Part shown: positions 36,174 to 48,603 of the stretch, one piece after another
Position numbering within the stretch: the stretch's first letter is position 1
How the letters are laid out: every line of letters starts with the position of its first letter
From: Podarcis gaigeae
Lineage: Eukaryota
Reading direction: 5' to 3' (one strand)
Assembly (NCBI GenBank): GCA_964106915.2
Contig: OZ066928.1
Length of the DNA: 64,000 nucleotides
Notes under the pieces: model-generated
Told to the model about the DNA's origin: nothing
The model's input: only the letters and a program-made list of their open reading frames with translations
The model's database searches: none
Position numbers and translations under genes: made by a program

Positions 36174-39100
36174 GAAGTAGGAAAAACTAGTTTTATCCTG
36201 TGTGCTATACTGAGTTCCTTTAAAATGCTGAACTATCAGGAGATGGCTCTTTCCTTCTCTCACTTATGAGTAAAGAAAGTCCATTGTTGGTGAAAGATTC
36301 AACAAAGCAGAACCCTGTCCATCCTGAGGAACAGTTCAGACAGGAGTGTACCTTCACAACAGGGAGAAACATCCATCATTTAGTCCAGCTGAGAAACCAG
36401 GAATCTATCCCTGGGTCTATTCTAGGTAGACAACAACAGGATAGCTATTATTAAATGTAATGAGAAACCCTTAAATTCTCAAATTTGCAGTGCCAGGAGC
36501 ATTGCAGCAGAATTTAAGCACCACCTGCTTCTCAGCACCATGAGCAAGTCCTATGTTCCTACAACCCAACTTCAAAACACCAACTGTATAGAAAGAAGCA
36601 ACTCAGAAAAAATCCCCATGTTGCACAAGGTAACTCTATGACGTTCATAACGAATGCAAGAGAGCTTCTGCTGAGGTTTTTCTCCTTTTCCCACAGGGTC
36701 AACCCAGTTCTTTCATCCATAGCTCCCTCCTCTTTGCACAGTCAGGAATTGTCCAGCCAGAACAGTTTGCAGTAAATGGCCCTGTGCACAAGACAATCTA
36801 CTCTCTTAATCCAAGGCACAAGGCAAAAACACAGAGCATTACAGTTTAACATTCTCAGGAGCTGCATGTGTTTATATATAAAAAAGGAAAGTGAGCACAC
36901 CACGAGGTGTTTGGAAGCTGACACACAATTTACTTGATAGTGCTACACACTGACAGGATGGCATCATTTACAGTACAAGCCACACAGAAGAAAATTCTGT
37001 AATAAGATGAGAGGTCCACAACTAAACATTTCTGGGAAAAGGAGATCTTTTAACAAGATCCTGCTCCTTGTTTCTTGAGGCTGTTTCTTCTGCCCTCTAC
37101 AACATTACGCCCTCCTGCCTGCCTGCATTGACCCTTTATGACATCAGGGCAACATAGCCAATCAAAACTCAAAAGCTTCACTACTACTACTACTACAAAA
37201 TCTCATACTGCAAGAATATAGTGCATTGCAATAAAGAGTTTTTCTGCTTTTCTCCAAGAGAAATGTATTTATTTGTTTGGTGGTTTCTTTGCTATACAAA
37301 TGAGGAGGGGATGAATGGGAGGAGTTAGGTTTGAGAAAGACATTCCCATTTCAAGTTATGAATAGGCACATAACAAGGTCAAGTTACATGGTGGTTTAAG
37401 ATTTGGACTGTGTGTCATTGGAACACTGCTACTATCATTATGTCTAATATATGGATTCCTGCAGACATTAACCTATCCAGGTAGGATATGCATACATTGG
37501 ATGAGGCAGCAGATTTACAACAGAAAACAATCCACCAATTTTGCATAAAAATTCATTAAAAGAGATAACAGAATAGCAGCAAGAGGCATTTTTTAGGCAG
37601 GCAAGTAAAAGTCCCAAGGCTAGACCCTTTACCTCTTCCACACCTGGGGATGTTACTGGTAATGGTTGAGCAGCTGAGGTACATCACCATTCTGCGAAAC
37701 TGGAAAATTATGAGATTAAGCTTTGGATGTAATGTATAATCTGAGATGAACAAGGTACATTGTCTTAGCATTCCCACATGCACAAAAGTCTAATGATCCA
37801 AAGTATCAAGTCCAACTACTGCTGTAACAGAGGTCCTTCTCAACTTTGACTTGCTCCAACTAGTACTGATCAAACTCCCTTCAGTTTTATTCGAAAGTGG
37901 ATCATATTAACAAGTCTACATTAAAAATGTTGTGCGAAGAAGACTTGCATCTTCCAGTTCTCTTCTAGTTCATAATGCTGGTATACACACTGAATGTGCA
38001 CACTACCATATTGACACCAGAAAGCAACTTGGAAGTTTAACCACAATATAATTTAGCTGTAATATAATCATATTTTCCTGCCTGTTAGATATGTTTAATA
38101 ATGTTGTGTCTATTTTTGTACACTGACTGATGTATACGTTTGTGATTTATTTATTTTTGCCTGGACCAATAAATTGGTTGATTGAAATCCCCCATAATGA
38201 GAGAAATTTAAATCTGTAGGGCATATCCACCACATACATCCAAATAGAAAAAAATACTTGACACAAAAGGTTGCTTGCTGATCAGACATAAAGAATACAA
38301 TAGTTTTAGATGCCTGGTTGCTGAACACCAAACATGCATGTACAGAATCTTGTTTAACTTTCCAGCATGAAGAGTAACTTTTTGTGGAGAAATAATAATG
38401 CTCTTCTTAATAGAAGTGAGCATCACAAGCCAACCTAATTGGTGTCTCTAATTAGGCAGTTATAAGCACCGATATGGACTCATATGGTTTTTAACTCCTC
38501 ACTTTGAACACTATCAGGAAAAGCACAGGAGGAACAATAGTTTCAAAAATATGTTGTTTAAGAAACTCCCAAAATTTGGCATCCTAAGCTGACCCCAGAG
38601 CTTCTGCCAAGCTCCAAGGTAAGCTTCTTTTTTGTTCGAGGGTATAAAAAAGGATAATGGCACATATCTTAACCTCAGAAGGGTAACATAAAGAGTACTA
38701 GTCACTTAATGTCACAACTCTGGGAACAGAATCCACTGCTTTAATGGATGAGCTCAAGTATTCCAAGTCAGACAAGTTCATGTGCCAGTGCATCTTCAGT
38801 GAGAGGATGTCACATTGCTGGGTCCCTTTAATTGGAAGGCACCTTTCAGTGAAGGGGGAGCTTGCAGCTGGGACAAAACTGCTGCTGCTGCTGCTATGTA
38901 GGGCTCAGTCCAAGGTTAGAGAGCTCTGCTCTCCTTAGTAGGCAGCCTAAGCTCAGCACAAGGCAGTTTAGCCTCACTGCTGTGGAAGTCTGTGCTTTGC
39001 ACAGAACACTTAAGTATTGTGAGAAATGGAGACTGCAGAAAAAATTACCAAGATGCTCCACAGGGAAAGGAAGGCATGGCTGTGGAAGAAAGGATTTACA

Positions 39101-40789
39101 TACTCAAGACAATCTTCTGACTTCCATACTCCCCCAACTCATACCGGGAGAACAGAGTCCAGAGAGAAAGCTTATCATGCATTACTGAGAGCAAAATGTT
39201 GCCTTCTTTGTAATCTCTATTAATATCCAAACCAGGCTCTGGAACGTGCTCTGAAATTTGTGGGTTGGGTTTTTTACTCTCCATTAACTTTAATCCTCAG
39301 CTAAAAAATTCAGAAGACTGTGCTGTGTTTCCCAAGGTGTTCTCCCTACACCCTTTTGAATTCAATCCTTTCATTTCTATTATATTTTAGGGTGGGGTGG
39401 GGGATATATAGTATTTTCATTATTATTTTTGCCTAATGACTGAGAGTTGGCATCTTTCACACTACAAGGAAACATTTAAAGTGAGCCAGTTAGGAGCTTT
39501 TGAGCCACTGTGAGACCCTTCAAAGAAAAAGAAAAGCTTACCATTCTCAGCTGTGAAGCAGGCAAACATCCAGGGAAGCACATTTTGATAGAAAGGCTCC
39601 AGAAGAAGGAGGAGAGTGGAAGATGGGAGAACCAAGGATGTATAAAAATGTACATCCTGTAGAACAAAGTAACGTTGGTAACATAAAGAAAGGAGAAACT
39701 ATATTTTTTTCTGTGGGCATCCTAAGTTAAAGGAAAGAATCAGCAAGCTATAGTTAAGCAGGAAATAGTGGTGCCTTATTTCCCCACTGCTAAGGCCCCA
39801 CAGAACTCTGCCTGTCCACAAGACTTGCTAGGTGGATGTTTTAGAAAAGAAACACAAGCTGCTCAAGAAATGGACTGAGGAAGAAAAGGGTCATAAAGAA
39901 GGAACAGGCAATAGTAGAAACTGAAGAAACACATGGATGCTTAAAAACTGGAAGATTGCTACTGGCAAGAGTTAAAAGGTATTTAATTTTGACTTGATTC
40001 TGGACCTCAAACTATAACATACAGTTATCTCAATTCCGGCTTCTGAAGCAAAAAACTCATCATTGGCAGGAATGCTGGAAATGTACTTCCTAATTAAAAA
40101 GCACTAAGAGTTATTTCATCTCCACCTCACAGGGTTGCTATCAGTACAGGTTATAATCCTAGATTTGAATGGCTTTTCTGACTGCAAGCTGTCTGGGTAA
40201 TTACTAGGCTGTCTGAGTCTTACTATTGAACTCTGTCCTTTTTCATCTCACTGGCTGACCACTGTTTGTTATGAGCCCAAGTACTAATAATATATTAACA
40301 CACACACATAATATACAGTAATATGTTTGCATTTAACTGCATTGCACTCTGCACTCTTAAGTGTAGGAAAGCACTGCGAACAGAGCCAAAAGTCACACCG
40401 GAAATAGGCTATTATGCTCATGGAGGCCAGAGAGAAGGACGGCGAGAGCTATTTAGTAACTCACAAATAAAATTAGTTCAGTTTTGAGTGGCAGCTGGGA
40501 AATGGAGGGTCTTCAAACACCCCAAAGCCAGTGACACCAAGTGAACAAAACTATACTTCAAAAGGAAGACAGACTAATGGAATGGTTGCTGGTGGCAACC
40601 TGCTCAGTCTCAACCTGCTCAGTCTATGCTGGCTGAAGTCAATAACTCTACGGAAAATGGGAGAAGTGCAAAAGACAAATGCTTTATATCCAAAATAAAA
40701 GATAATTCCTACTACTTAAGGAGTGTCCAAATGGCCAGTAAAGACCCCCAGGGAGATACCAAGTAGCTGTGAAGTTAAGTAGTTTACCT

Positions 40790-41060
40790 ATAACATAATA
40801 AGAGGAGCCCTGCAAAGCTAGATCAAAAGGTCCATCTACTCCAGCCTCCTGTTTTCCACAGTAGCCAACCAGCTGCTTCTTGGAAGTCACAAGCAAGGTG
40901 TAAAAGAAACAGTTTTCCTGATGTTCCCCAGCAGCTGGTGTTCTGGGAGATACCACTTCTGAACATGCAAATATTCTATAAGCCATGATTACTAATAGCC
41001 ATTGATAGACCACCATCCCTTCCTTCATGAGTTTATCTAATCTCCTTTGATTCCAACAGG
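40790..41060 (-). mobile_element. CR1 3' tail remnant
   Basis: aacataataagaggagccctgc...aaggtccatctactccagc...aatagccattgatagacc. Confidence 0.7.
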
Positions 41061-41525
41061 TACTATACATTATTTGAATAAACAATTTCTTATTTCTGAA
41101 CTGGTTTATAAAAGAAAACCACAAAAATATTTTTCAAAGTTTAAGAGATTTTTGAATGATTTGTAAGTTCCTGTTTTGGATTTTTTTTATGTATGCCTTA
41201 GCAGTGTCACAATGAATGTATTCCACACCTGTGAAACCTTCACTGCTAGATAACAAAAACTATTAGAGCTTAACTACTCATGAGCATCAGAGTTTTTATC
41301 AGGAAATGATAAAAAGAGGGCAGTAGAGACCAAATATAAATTATGTGATTAATGAAAGGGGGGGGGGAGTGTGCCTACATACTCAGAGAAACAATTTTCC
41401 TATGGAGAAAGCAGGATATACTGGGGAAGTTTACATCATTACACTGATGAAAAATTAAGTGGTAAGTTTAACAGTGGGTTAGTTTTGTGATTTGGGGCCT
41501 CAAAAGTGGATGCACATACTATTTT

Positions 41526-42497
41526 CATAGAATCATGGAATTGCAGAGTTGGAAGGGACCCCCAGGGTCACGTACTTTAACCCCAGCAACGTAGGAATTT
41601 CAAGTAAAGCATCCATGACAGATGGCCATCCAACCTCTGCTTAAAAACCTCCAAGGAAGGAGAGTCCGCCACCTCCTGAGTCAGTCTGTTCCACAGCTCT
41701 TACTGTCAGAAAGTTCTTCCTGATGTTTAGAGTCAGAATCTCCTTTCTTGTAACTTGGATCTATTGGCTCGGATCCTACCCTCCAGAGCAAGAGAAAACA
41801 AGCATGCTACATTTTCCATGGGACAGCCCTTTAGATATTTGAAGATAGCTATCATATCTCATCTCACTTTCCACTTCTTCAGGCTAAACATACCCAACTC
41901 CCTAAATCATTCCTCACAAGGCTTAGTTTACACACCCTTGATGTCAGTGGCAGATTTAGGGCAGCATGACCAATTCTGCCGCACTGGGCAATGAGCCTAG
42001 GGGGCTGCAACTATGACATAATAAATTGAACAGAACGGAAGATGAGAGACTGGGGTTGGGGTGGTGAATTTTGGCCTTGCACAGGTCGCTGTTGAAATAT
42101 GAAAGAACAAAGTCCACCCGTCATGATTATCTTGGTTGCCCTCCTCTGCAAACATTCCAGCTTGTCAGTATTCTTCTTAAATTGTGGTGCCCAGAACTGG
42201 ACACAGTACTCCAGGTGTGGTCTGATCAAGCTAGAATACAGTGGTACTATTACTCCCCTTGACTGGGACACTGTACTTCTGTTGTTGATGCAGCCTAGAA
42301 TAGTGTTAGCTTTTTTTCTTTTTCTTTCCTGCTGCATCACACTGTTGACTCAGATTAAGCTTGCGGTCTTCCAAGACCCCTAGATACTTTCACATGCGCT
42401 ACTAGCAAGCCAGGTGCTCCCCATCTTAGATTTGTGCAGCTGGTTATTCCTGCCCAAGTGCAGAACCTTACATTTTTCCCTATTGAAATTCATTTTA
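41526..42497 (-). mobile_element. CR1 LINE 3' fragment interrupted at about 41945-42122 by a short DNA-transposon-like insert
   Basis: KANTILGCI...[36 protein letters not shown]; the continuous motif cccttgatcatcttggttgccc is split by cagtggcagatttaggg.... Confidence 0.9.
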
Positions 42498-42891
42498 ATG
42501 GGTTAGTATTTAATATAGTTAATTTATTCAGGACCCATCACGAAGGTTTGAAGTGAGTGTTTTATCCTCTTCCTTTAAGGGATATATAATAGAAGTTTAA
42601 TACTGTCAGGAATTATTACTTACTTGTCTCTGAAATATGGTTATCTTCATTATAAGTGATGATATTTAAATGTTTTTATTATTTGCACAACAGTTTTGTG
42701 TTTAATAATATATTAAGAGCATACTGATGAAGTCTACATATTATAATACAGCTCATAATAATATAACATGTGTGTATTTGTGTGTGATATTTAATTGTAA
42801 TATAGATACTTTCTCCTTAACTCAGCTTTTTTGTTCTCCAGGTTTTTGTTAAGAACTATTTTTACATTGTTTGTACAATTGTGCCTTCTTC

Positions 42892-43039
42892 CATGGGTGA
42901 AGCCAGGATTTTTTTGGGGGGGGGCAGGACTTTGTTGCAGGGCAGGACTTTTGTTAGAGGGGCAGAACCAATGGGATTGGTCAGCTAAGTATTTCTACTG
43001 TTTTACTTGATGGGGGGTCCCTCCCAGGCTACGCCCCTG
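42892..43039. mobile_element. hAT-like MITE
   Basis: catgggtgaagcc / ggctacgcccctg termini with a perfect 8-bp TSD CCTTCTTC (42884-42891, 43040-43047). Confidence 0.85.
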
Positions 43040-43196
43040 CCTTCTTCTATACTATACACTTCTAGGAGTCAATTTCTTACAGAAATAAGCCAAAGAGTGT
43101 GGAAGGTTTGTGGGTGCTGACTGCCAAGTCAAAACGCCTTGTATAGCAACATTGGAAGCATTTGCTTCCATAATGCACTGAAGTTATCAACTGACA

Positions 43197-43577
43197 GGCA
43201 AAGTAAAAGTAAATGACCCTTGGATGTTTAAGTCCAGTCAAAGGCGATTATGTGGTTGTGGTGCTCATCTCACTTCAGGCCGAGGGAGCCAACGTTTGTC
43301 TCAGTCAGCTTTTTGGGTTATGTGGCCATCATGACTAAACCATTTCTGGCACAACAGAACACTGTGACGGAAACCAGAGCACACGGAAACGCCGTTCACT
43401 TCCCGCCGCAACAGTACCTATTTATCTACTTGCACTGGTATGCTTTCAAACTGCTAAACTGGCAGAAGCTGGGACAGAGCAACAGGAGTTCACCCCATCA
43501 CACGGATTTGAAGAGGCGACCTTCTGATCAGCGAGCCCAAGAGGCTCAGTGGTTTAGACCACAGCGCCACCCACATC
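43197..43577 (-). mobile_element. Sauria SINE (Squam1)
   Basis: The reverse complement reads gggtggcgctgtggtctaaaccactgagcctcttgggc...gtgcaagtagataaataggtac with an (ACCTTT)-like tail; TSD-like atcaactgaca/atcaactggca. Confidence 0.93.
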
Positions 43578-43643
43578 AACTGGCACACACCAGTAGTGCC
43601 ATCTCTATAAAGCTCCATTTCAGCTGATCAAAGGCAACCAATA

Positions 43644-43885
43644 CAGTGGTACCTCAGGTTAAGAACTTAATTCGTTCTGGAGGTCTGTTCTTAACCTGAA
43701 ACTGTTCTTAACCTGAAGCACCACTTTAGCTAATGGGGCCTCCTGCTGCCGCTGCGCTGCCGCTGCACGAGTTCTGTTCTCATCCTGAAGAAAAGTTCTT
43801 AACCTGAGGTAATATTTCTGCATTAGCGGAGTCTGTAACCTGAAGTGTATATAACCTGAAGCGTATGTAACCTGAGGTACTACTG
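43644..43885. mobile_element. Tc1/mariner MITE, inverted sister copy of 709-950
   Basis: The same TIR and internal sequence in opposite orientation (tttagctaatggggcctcctgctg). Confidence 0.92.
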
Positions 43886-44619
43886 TGCCCGGGAGTTTTA
43901 CTAACGCTCTGTTAGGAGGACTGTAACAGCAGAGAAGCCCTTAACAAATTGATTTGAAAAGCCTACAAAACATTACAGGCCATTCCAAATTCTTAGTGCT
44001 TGCCAATCCAACATTGCTTAGACTTAGACAGGCTCACCTGGATACTTTTGCAGTGATATCACCATATGGCTCAATTGTCAGATCAAACATACATTTCTCT
44101 AACTTGGTAAACAGATGATATTCCCAGAACTGGATAAAGACTTTCCTAAAATATTATATGAGTTGCTGGGGTGTTTCAGAATATATCAGCATATCATCTA
44201 AATTTTAGTGTATCATTGATTTTAGTATATCATTCATAAAATGTTCAAAGAAGGCTGAAGCATTGCAGAGTTCAAAGGGCATTACATTGTATTCTAAATT
44301 CCCATAATGTGTTTGAAGGACCATCTTCCATTCATCCTCCTCTTCAATGTGTACCACATCTAGCTTGATAAATCCACAAGTTCTCAACTAGCTCAGGGAT
44401 AAAAAGCAGTGGGTTGCAATTCCAGATGGTAACAGCATCCAGGGCTTCATAATCATTACACAGACGTAATTCATACTTCTTTTGACAAAGAGCATGGGTG
44501 TAGATGTTGGGGAGGTGGAGGGGTGGATAAAATCCCATCCAAGATGCTCACACACAAATTTCTGGAGGGCAACTACATAGTACAATCTGTGACAGGGAAG
44601 AGAAGCGACTCCCATGAGA

Positions 44620-44775
44620 GGTGGTGTACTCTCCTTCCTTGGAGGTTTTTAATCAGGGTTGGATGGTCATCTGTCATGTACAATCTAGTTGTGATTCCTG
44701 CACTGCAGGTGTTGAACTAGATGACATTCAAGGACCCTTTCCAGTTCTACAATTTATACAATTTTAGGATTCTAT
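44620..44775 (+). mobile_element. CR1 3' end nested in Gypsy
   Basis: actctccttccttggaggtttttaa...gattcctgcactgcagg...ttctacaatt...gattctatg. Confidence 0.8.
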
Positions 44776-44861
44776 GCATAGGGGCCTCAAGAGCCAGATG
44801 GATAACACAGTCATATGAACTGCACACACATGCATATGCACACCTCAGGGATTTGCACATA

Positions 44862-45110
44862 CAGTCATACCTTGAAAGTTGAACAAAATCCATTCCAGAA
44901 GTCTGTTTGACTTCCAAAACATTCGAAAACCAAAGTGCGGCTTCTGATTGGCTGCAGGAAGCTCCTGCAGCCAATCAGTAGCCACGGAAGCCCCGTCAGA
45001 CGTTCGGGTTCCAAAGAACATTCACAAACCAGAACACTCACTTCCAGATTTGTGGCATTCGGGAGCCAAAACTCCAAGTACCAAGGTGTTTGGGAATCAA
45101 GGTACAACTG
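44862..45110. mobile_element. Tc1/mariner (Tigger-like) MITE
   Basis: TA-CAGTCATACCTTG...CAAGGTACAACTG-TA with an internal hairpin ctgattggctgcagga-agc-tcctgcagccaatcag. Confidence 0.85.
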
Positions 45111-45745
45111 TATACCTATGAATGGCTCCAACAGAAGAGTCAATATTCTGTTTACTCCAGAGGTATATACTAATCTGGTCTGGAAGGATCTCAACTGGAT
45201 CATCTCATCGCTGTTCATCCAGGATCTAAAGCCCTCCAAATATTTGCCACCAAGCATGAGCTCATTCCAATGAGCTATTGTGTCCCAAAGCAGAAGGAGC
45301 TAGCATTTTCTACAACCTATTAGGGGTGAATGTGGCAGTTAGCCATTTCCATCTTCTGCAGCTCAAAGACTTGCCTTATTTGTGCTATACGTCCTTTCAG
45401 GAGGAAACTCAACTGTAGCAAGTTCCTTCAGAAGACTAATAAAGAGGCCTTTACCTAGTCGTTACGTAAGTCCTGAGGTCAGAGCAACATATGGATTTGA
45501 GATTTGGTCAAGAAGCTGGGAAATATGCATTGATCCCCAGAAAAACCCTCTGGAAGACTCACTGGATATTTTACCAAGCAGGGCATGGGGACTGTTATCA
45601 GAGGTCATCATTTTCAAACACCCGCACAGCCAACCAAGCTGAAACAACATCCATTCCACATTGGTGGGCCAGAGCAAGATGTCCAATGTGGGCATCTGAA
45701 AAGGTGCTATTATTTAATTTGTACTGCAAATTAAAAGAGCAGATA

Positions 45746-46004
45746 CAATCATACCTCATGTTGTGTCCGCTTCAGGTTACATCTTTTCAAGGTGCGTCCC
45801 GTGGCAACCAGGAAGTACCGGAATGGTTACTTCCAGGTTTTGCCACTCACATATGCACAGAAGTGCTAAATCTCACTTCCTGTGTGTGCAGAAGTGCTAA
45901 ATCGTGTCATGAGCGTGCATAGGCACAGCGCTTCTGGATGCGAACACTTCGAGTTGCAGACTTGCCTCTGGGATGGATTACGTCCACAACTCGAGGTTCC
46001 ACTG
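45746..46004. mobile_element. Tc1/mariner (Tigger-like) MITE
   Basis: TA-CAATCATACCTC...GAGGTTCCACTG-CA with an internal duplication tgc/gcagaagtgctaaatc. Confidence 0.75.
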
Positions 46005-46328
46005 CATTGCATTGAAAAGGAGCCAGCTGGATACATTAGGGTGATAGCATGGCCGATGGGGTGGCTTCAGCACTATGGATAGCTCCTAGTGAAACTTGAG
46101 CCAACAGAAGCCAAGAAGTCTTATGAGCTTGTGTCTCCTTGCTTCAATAATAGAAAGCTTAAAAGGACAGGCCTCTAACCTCTGGGGTCTGGCATTTCTC
46201 CCTTCAGACAAGTATCCATAGGTGTGTTGCCAAGATGACACATGAATGCAGGCTCCCTGGCATGGAAACCAGTTGCTTGAGATATGCAGACTCCTTGGGC
46301 ATGGGCACAAGGTCACAATTTGTGAGTA

Positions 46329-46697
46329 AAAAAAAAGGTAAATGGTAAAGGACCCCTGGATGGTTAAGTTCAGTCAATGGCAATGATGGGGGGTGTGGCG
46401 CTCAGCTCACTTTTCGGGCTGAGGGAGTCAGCTTTCTGGGTCATGTAGGCAGCATGACTAAACCGCTGCTGGTTTAGTGATGGAAACTGTGGTGGAAACC
46501 AGAGCGCACAGAAACACCGTTTACCTCCCCACCACAGTGGTACCTATTTATCTACTTGAACTGGTGTGCTTTCAAACTGCAGAAGCTGGGACAGAGCAAC
46601 AGGAGCTCACCACCATCACTCAGATTCCAAAAGCCAACCTTCCAATCAACAAGCCCAAGAGGCTCAGTAGTTTAGACCACAGCGGCACCCGTGTCCC
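46329..46697 (-). mobile_element. Sauria SINE (Squam1)
   Basis: aaaggtaaatggtaaaggacccctg tail and tttagaccacagcggcacccgtgtccc head (reverse complement); imperfect TSD cacaatttgtgagta/aataatttgtgggta. Confidence 0.93.
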
Positions 46698-46839
46698 AAT
46701 AATTTGTGGGTACCTGGCTGTGGCTCAGGGTTGGCCATGATGCTGGGGCCTGGATTGTTCTCTGGTTCTTAACTGATGGATTGAACTGGCTCCTCTGAAT
46801 TGGAACCTAGACTGCTGCTCCAGACAGGCATCAAGGTAA

Positions 46840-46912
46840 CAAAATAATCTGTTGATGCTACAATACTCCTTATGGTTTTTGCTGCATCAGACTAACAAAG
46901 CTCCCCTGGAAT
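46840..46912 (+). mobile_element. Old Penelope-like 3' terminus remnant
   Basis: aataatctgttgatgctacaatact...ttttgctgcatcagactaacaaagctcccctgg parallels the PLE end at 30760-30842. Confidence 0.5.
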
Positions 46913-47248
46913 GCTTTTATAACTTTCTGGTGTAGTTGGTGGGTTGTGTGTGTGTATGTGTGTGTTTTAAACATAATACCTAGGATAGTTCAGTTCAGAG
47001 CACTGGATGATCTCTTTCTGGATTGGCATCTGCCATTTTTTCCCCTCATCAAGAGAATGCAAGATGCATTAAAAAAAAAAAACCTAATGGGGGAAAGAGC
47101 AGGATTTAGGAACTTTTAAAGTTACTGAAGGTTGCCTTCTCATTACTCTTCCATCAAATTACTTCCTACAATAAGTTTCTGTGGCCAGACTTTTAGCAAA
47201 TTCTCTTAAAACAGGATGGAAAACTTGTAAACTCATTGTTACAAATTA

Positions 47249-47570
47249 CCATATTTTTCCATGTATAAGACAATGTTTTTTGCTAAAAAAAGCAGTCAAA
47301 AATTGGGGACCATCTTATACATGGATGGTGAATGCACAGGGGTTTGGGTTTGGGCTTGGGCTCTGGTGTGGGCAGCCTGGGCTTAGGCTCAGATGGCCCA
47401 GGCTCAGGTTTGGGCTCTGGCAGCATGGGCTCAGCCTCTGGTTTGGGCTCTGGCATGGGTGGTCTGGGCTCGGGTTTGGGCTCTGGCTCTATCCCAATTT
47501 CTTAATTTTGTCTTAAAAAAAATAGGGGTCATCATATACACGGGGGCATCTTATACATGGAAAAATACAG
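47249..47570. mobile_element. Tc1/mariner MITE with an internal G-rich minisatellite
   Basis: TA-CCATATTTTTCCATGTATAAGA...TCTTATACATGGAAAAATACAG-TA with internal ggtttgggctctgg repeats (47340-47490). Confidence 0.85.
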
Positions 47571-48423
47571 TAAGTTTTGTTGTTATGTAGGTTGGATTTA
47601 AAAAACAAGACCATCAATGATATGTCACTGAACTGACTTTATACAGCTCTCCCATCTGTATTTATTAAATACTTTTCATGCATATTTTGTTCAAATGGCT
47701 GTTTTGTACAAATACAAGGATATCAGATGGAGGGTAGTAGAAAATATATACTAGTCTTTGTCATACAACGTATTTCCTGCCTAAACTTTTTTTAAAAGTT
47801 TCTAGTCCTCATGAGTTATACGTTCTCTACCAACCAAGTAAGAGGTTTGTGTTGTCACTCAGAATTTCAGCCAACAATAAATTCTTGGAAGGGGACATCA
47901 CCACATAACTTGCTCCACCTTGCTTATTATGTATTGATTAAGTGGTTGTTTTTCCTATTAATAGCAAACCATGAAATTTGAATTTTTTTACCACAATCAA
48001 GCATTGAAATTTGCCAACCTTTTGTCCATGATTTACACTGGGTCATAGCTATGAGGACTGCTATGCTTTCTAACTAAATAACTGTTGAGAATGACTCTCC
48101 TCTCTTCTATCTCCCCACCCCCACATGAAGAATTTGCCTATAATTAAAGAACGAATTGTTAAGTGCTGGCAGTAAAAGTTTACAGCCTGGCTTGACAGTC
48201 AAAGATAAGCTAGTAAAAAAAAATCCCAGGATGCCTTGCCTCTTCCTGTGCTTTCCCATGTAGCCTAACAATAGGGTTGTATCTCTCGGCATCATGAAAT
48301 CAATCTCAGATTAGGTAATGAAATATGCACCAGCCTTTTCCCCCAGAACCCTTTTGACAAATCACACACAATCCTAAATCTTCATAAATCACGATTAAAG
48401 ACAAGTGTATCATCACCGACACA

Positions 48424-48603
48424 NNNNNNNNNNNNNNNNNNNNNNNNNNNNNNNNNNNNNNNNNNNNNNNNNNNNNNNNNNNNNNNNNNNNNNNNNNNNN
48501 NNNNNNNNNNNNNNNNNNNNNNNNNNNNNNNNNNNNNNNNNNNNNNNNNNNNNNNNNNNNNNNNNNNNNNNNNNNNNNNNNNNNNNNNNNNNNNNNNNNN
48601 NNN
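48424..48603. other. N-run, 180 bp
   Basis: Seen directly; the flank carries TGACA (48355-48359) and ATAAATCA (48384-48391). Confidence 0.98.

Larger units (their letters stand above)
43900..45745 (-). mobile_element. Decayed Ty3/Gypsy (sushi-like) LTR retrotransposon internal region with nested insertions
   Basis: FIHPSTSP..PMLFVK; LRLCNDYEALDAVTIWNCNPLLFIPEL; DEWKMVLQTHYGNLEYNVMPFELCNASAFFEHFMNDI; LDDMLIYS (about 44180-44200); KLEKCMF. RT is secure over about 43950-44590; the gag-like extension beyond 45113 is tentative. Confidence 0.85.

Noticed and set aside
40596-40625. 15-bp tandem duplication caacctgctcagtct x2
   Set aside because: Ordinary slippage duplication with no functional evidence.
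44205-44615. Domesticated RTL1/PEG10-like gene
   Set aside because: The RT is split across frames with stops and nested insertions.
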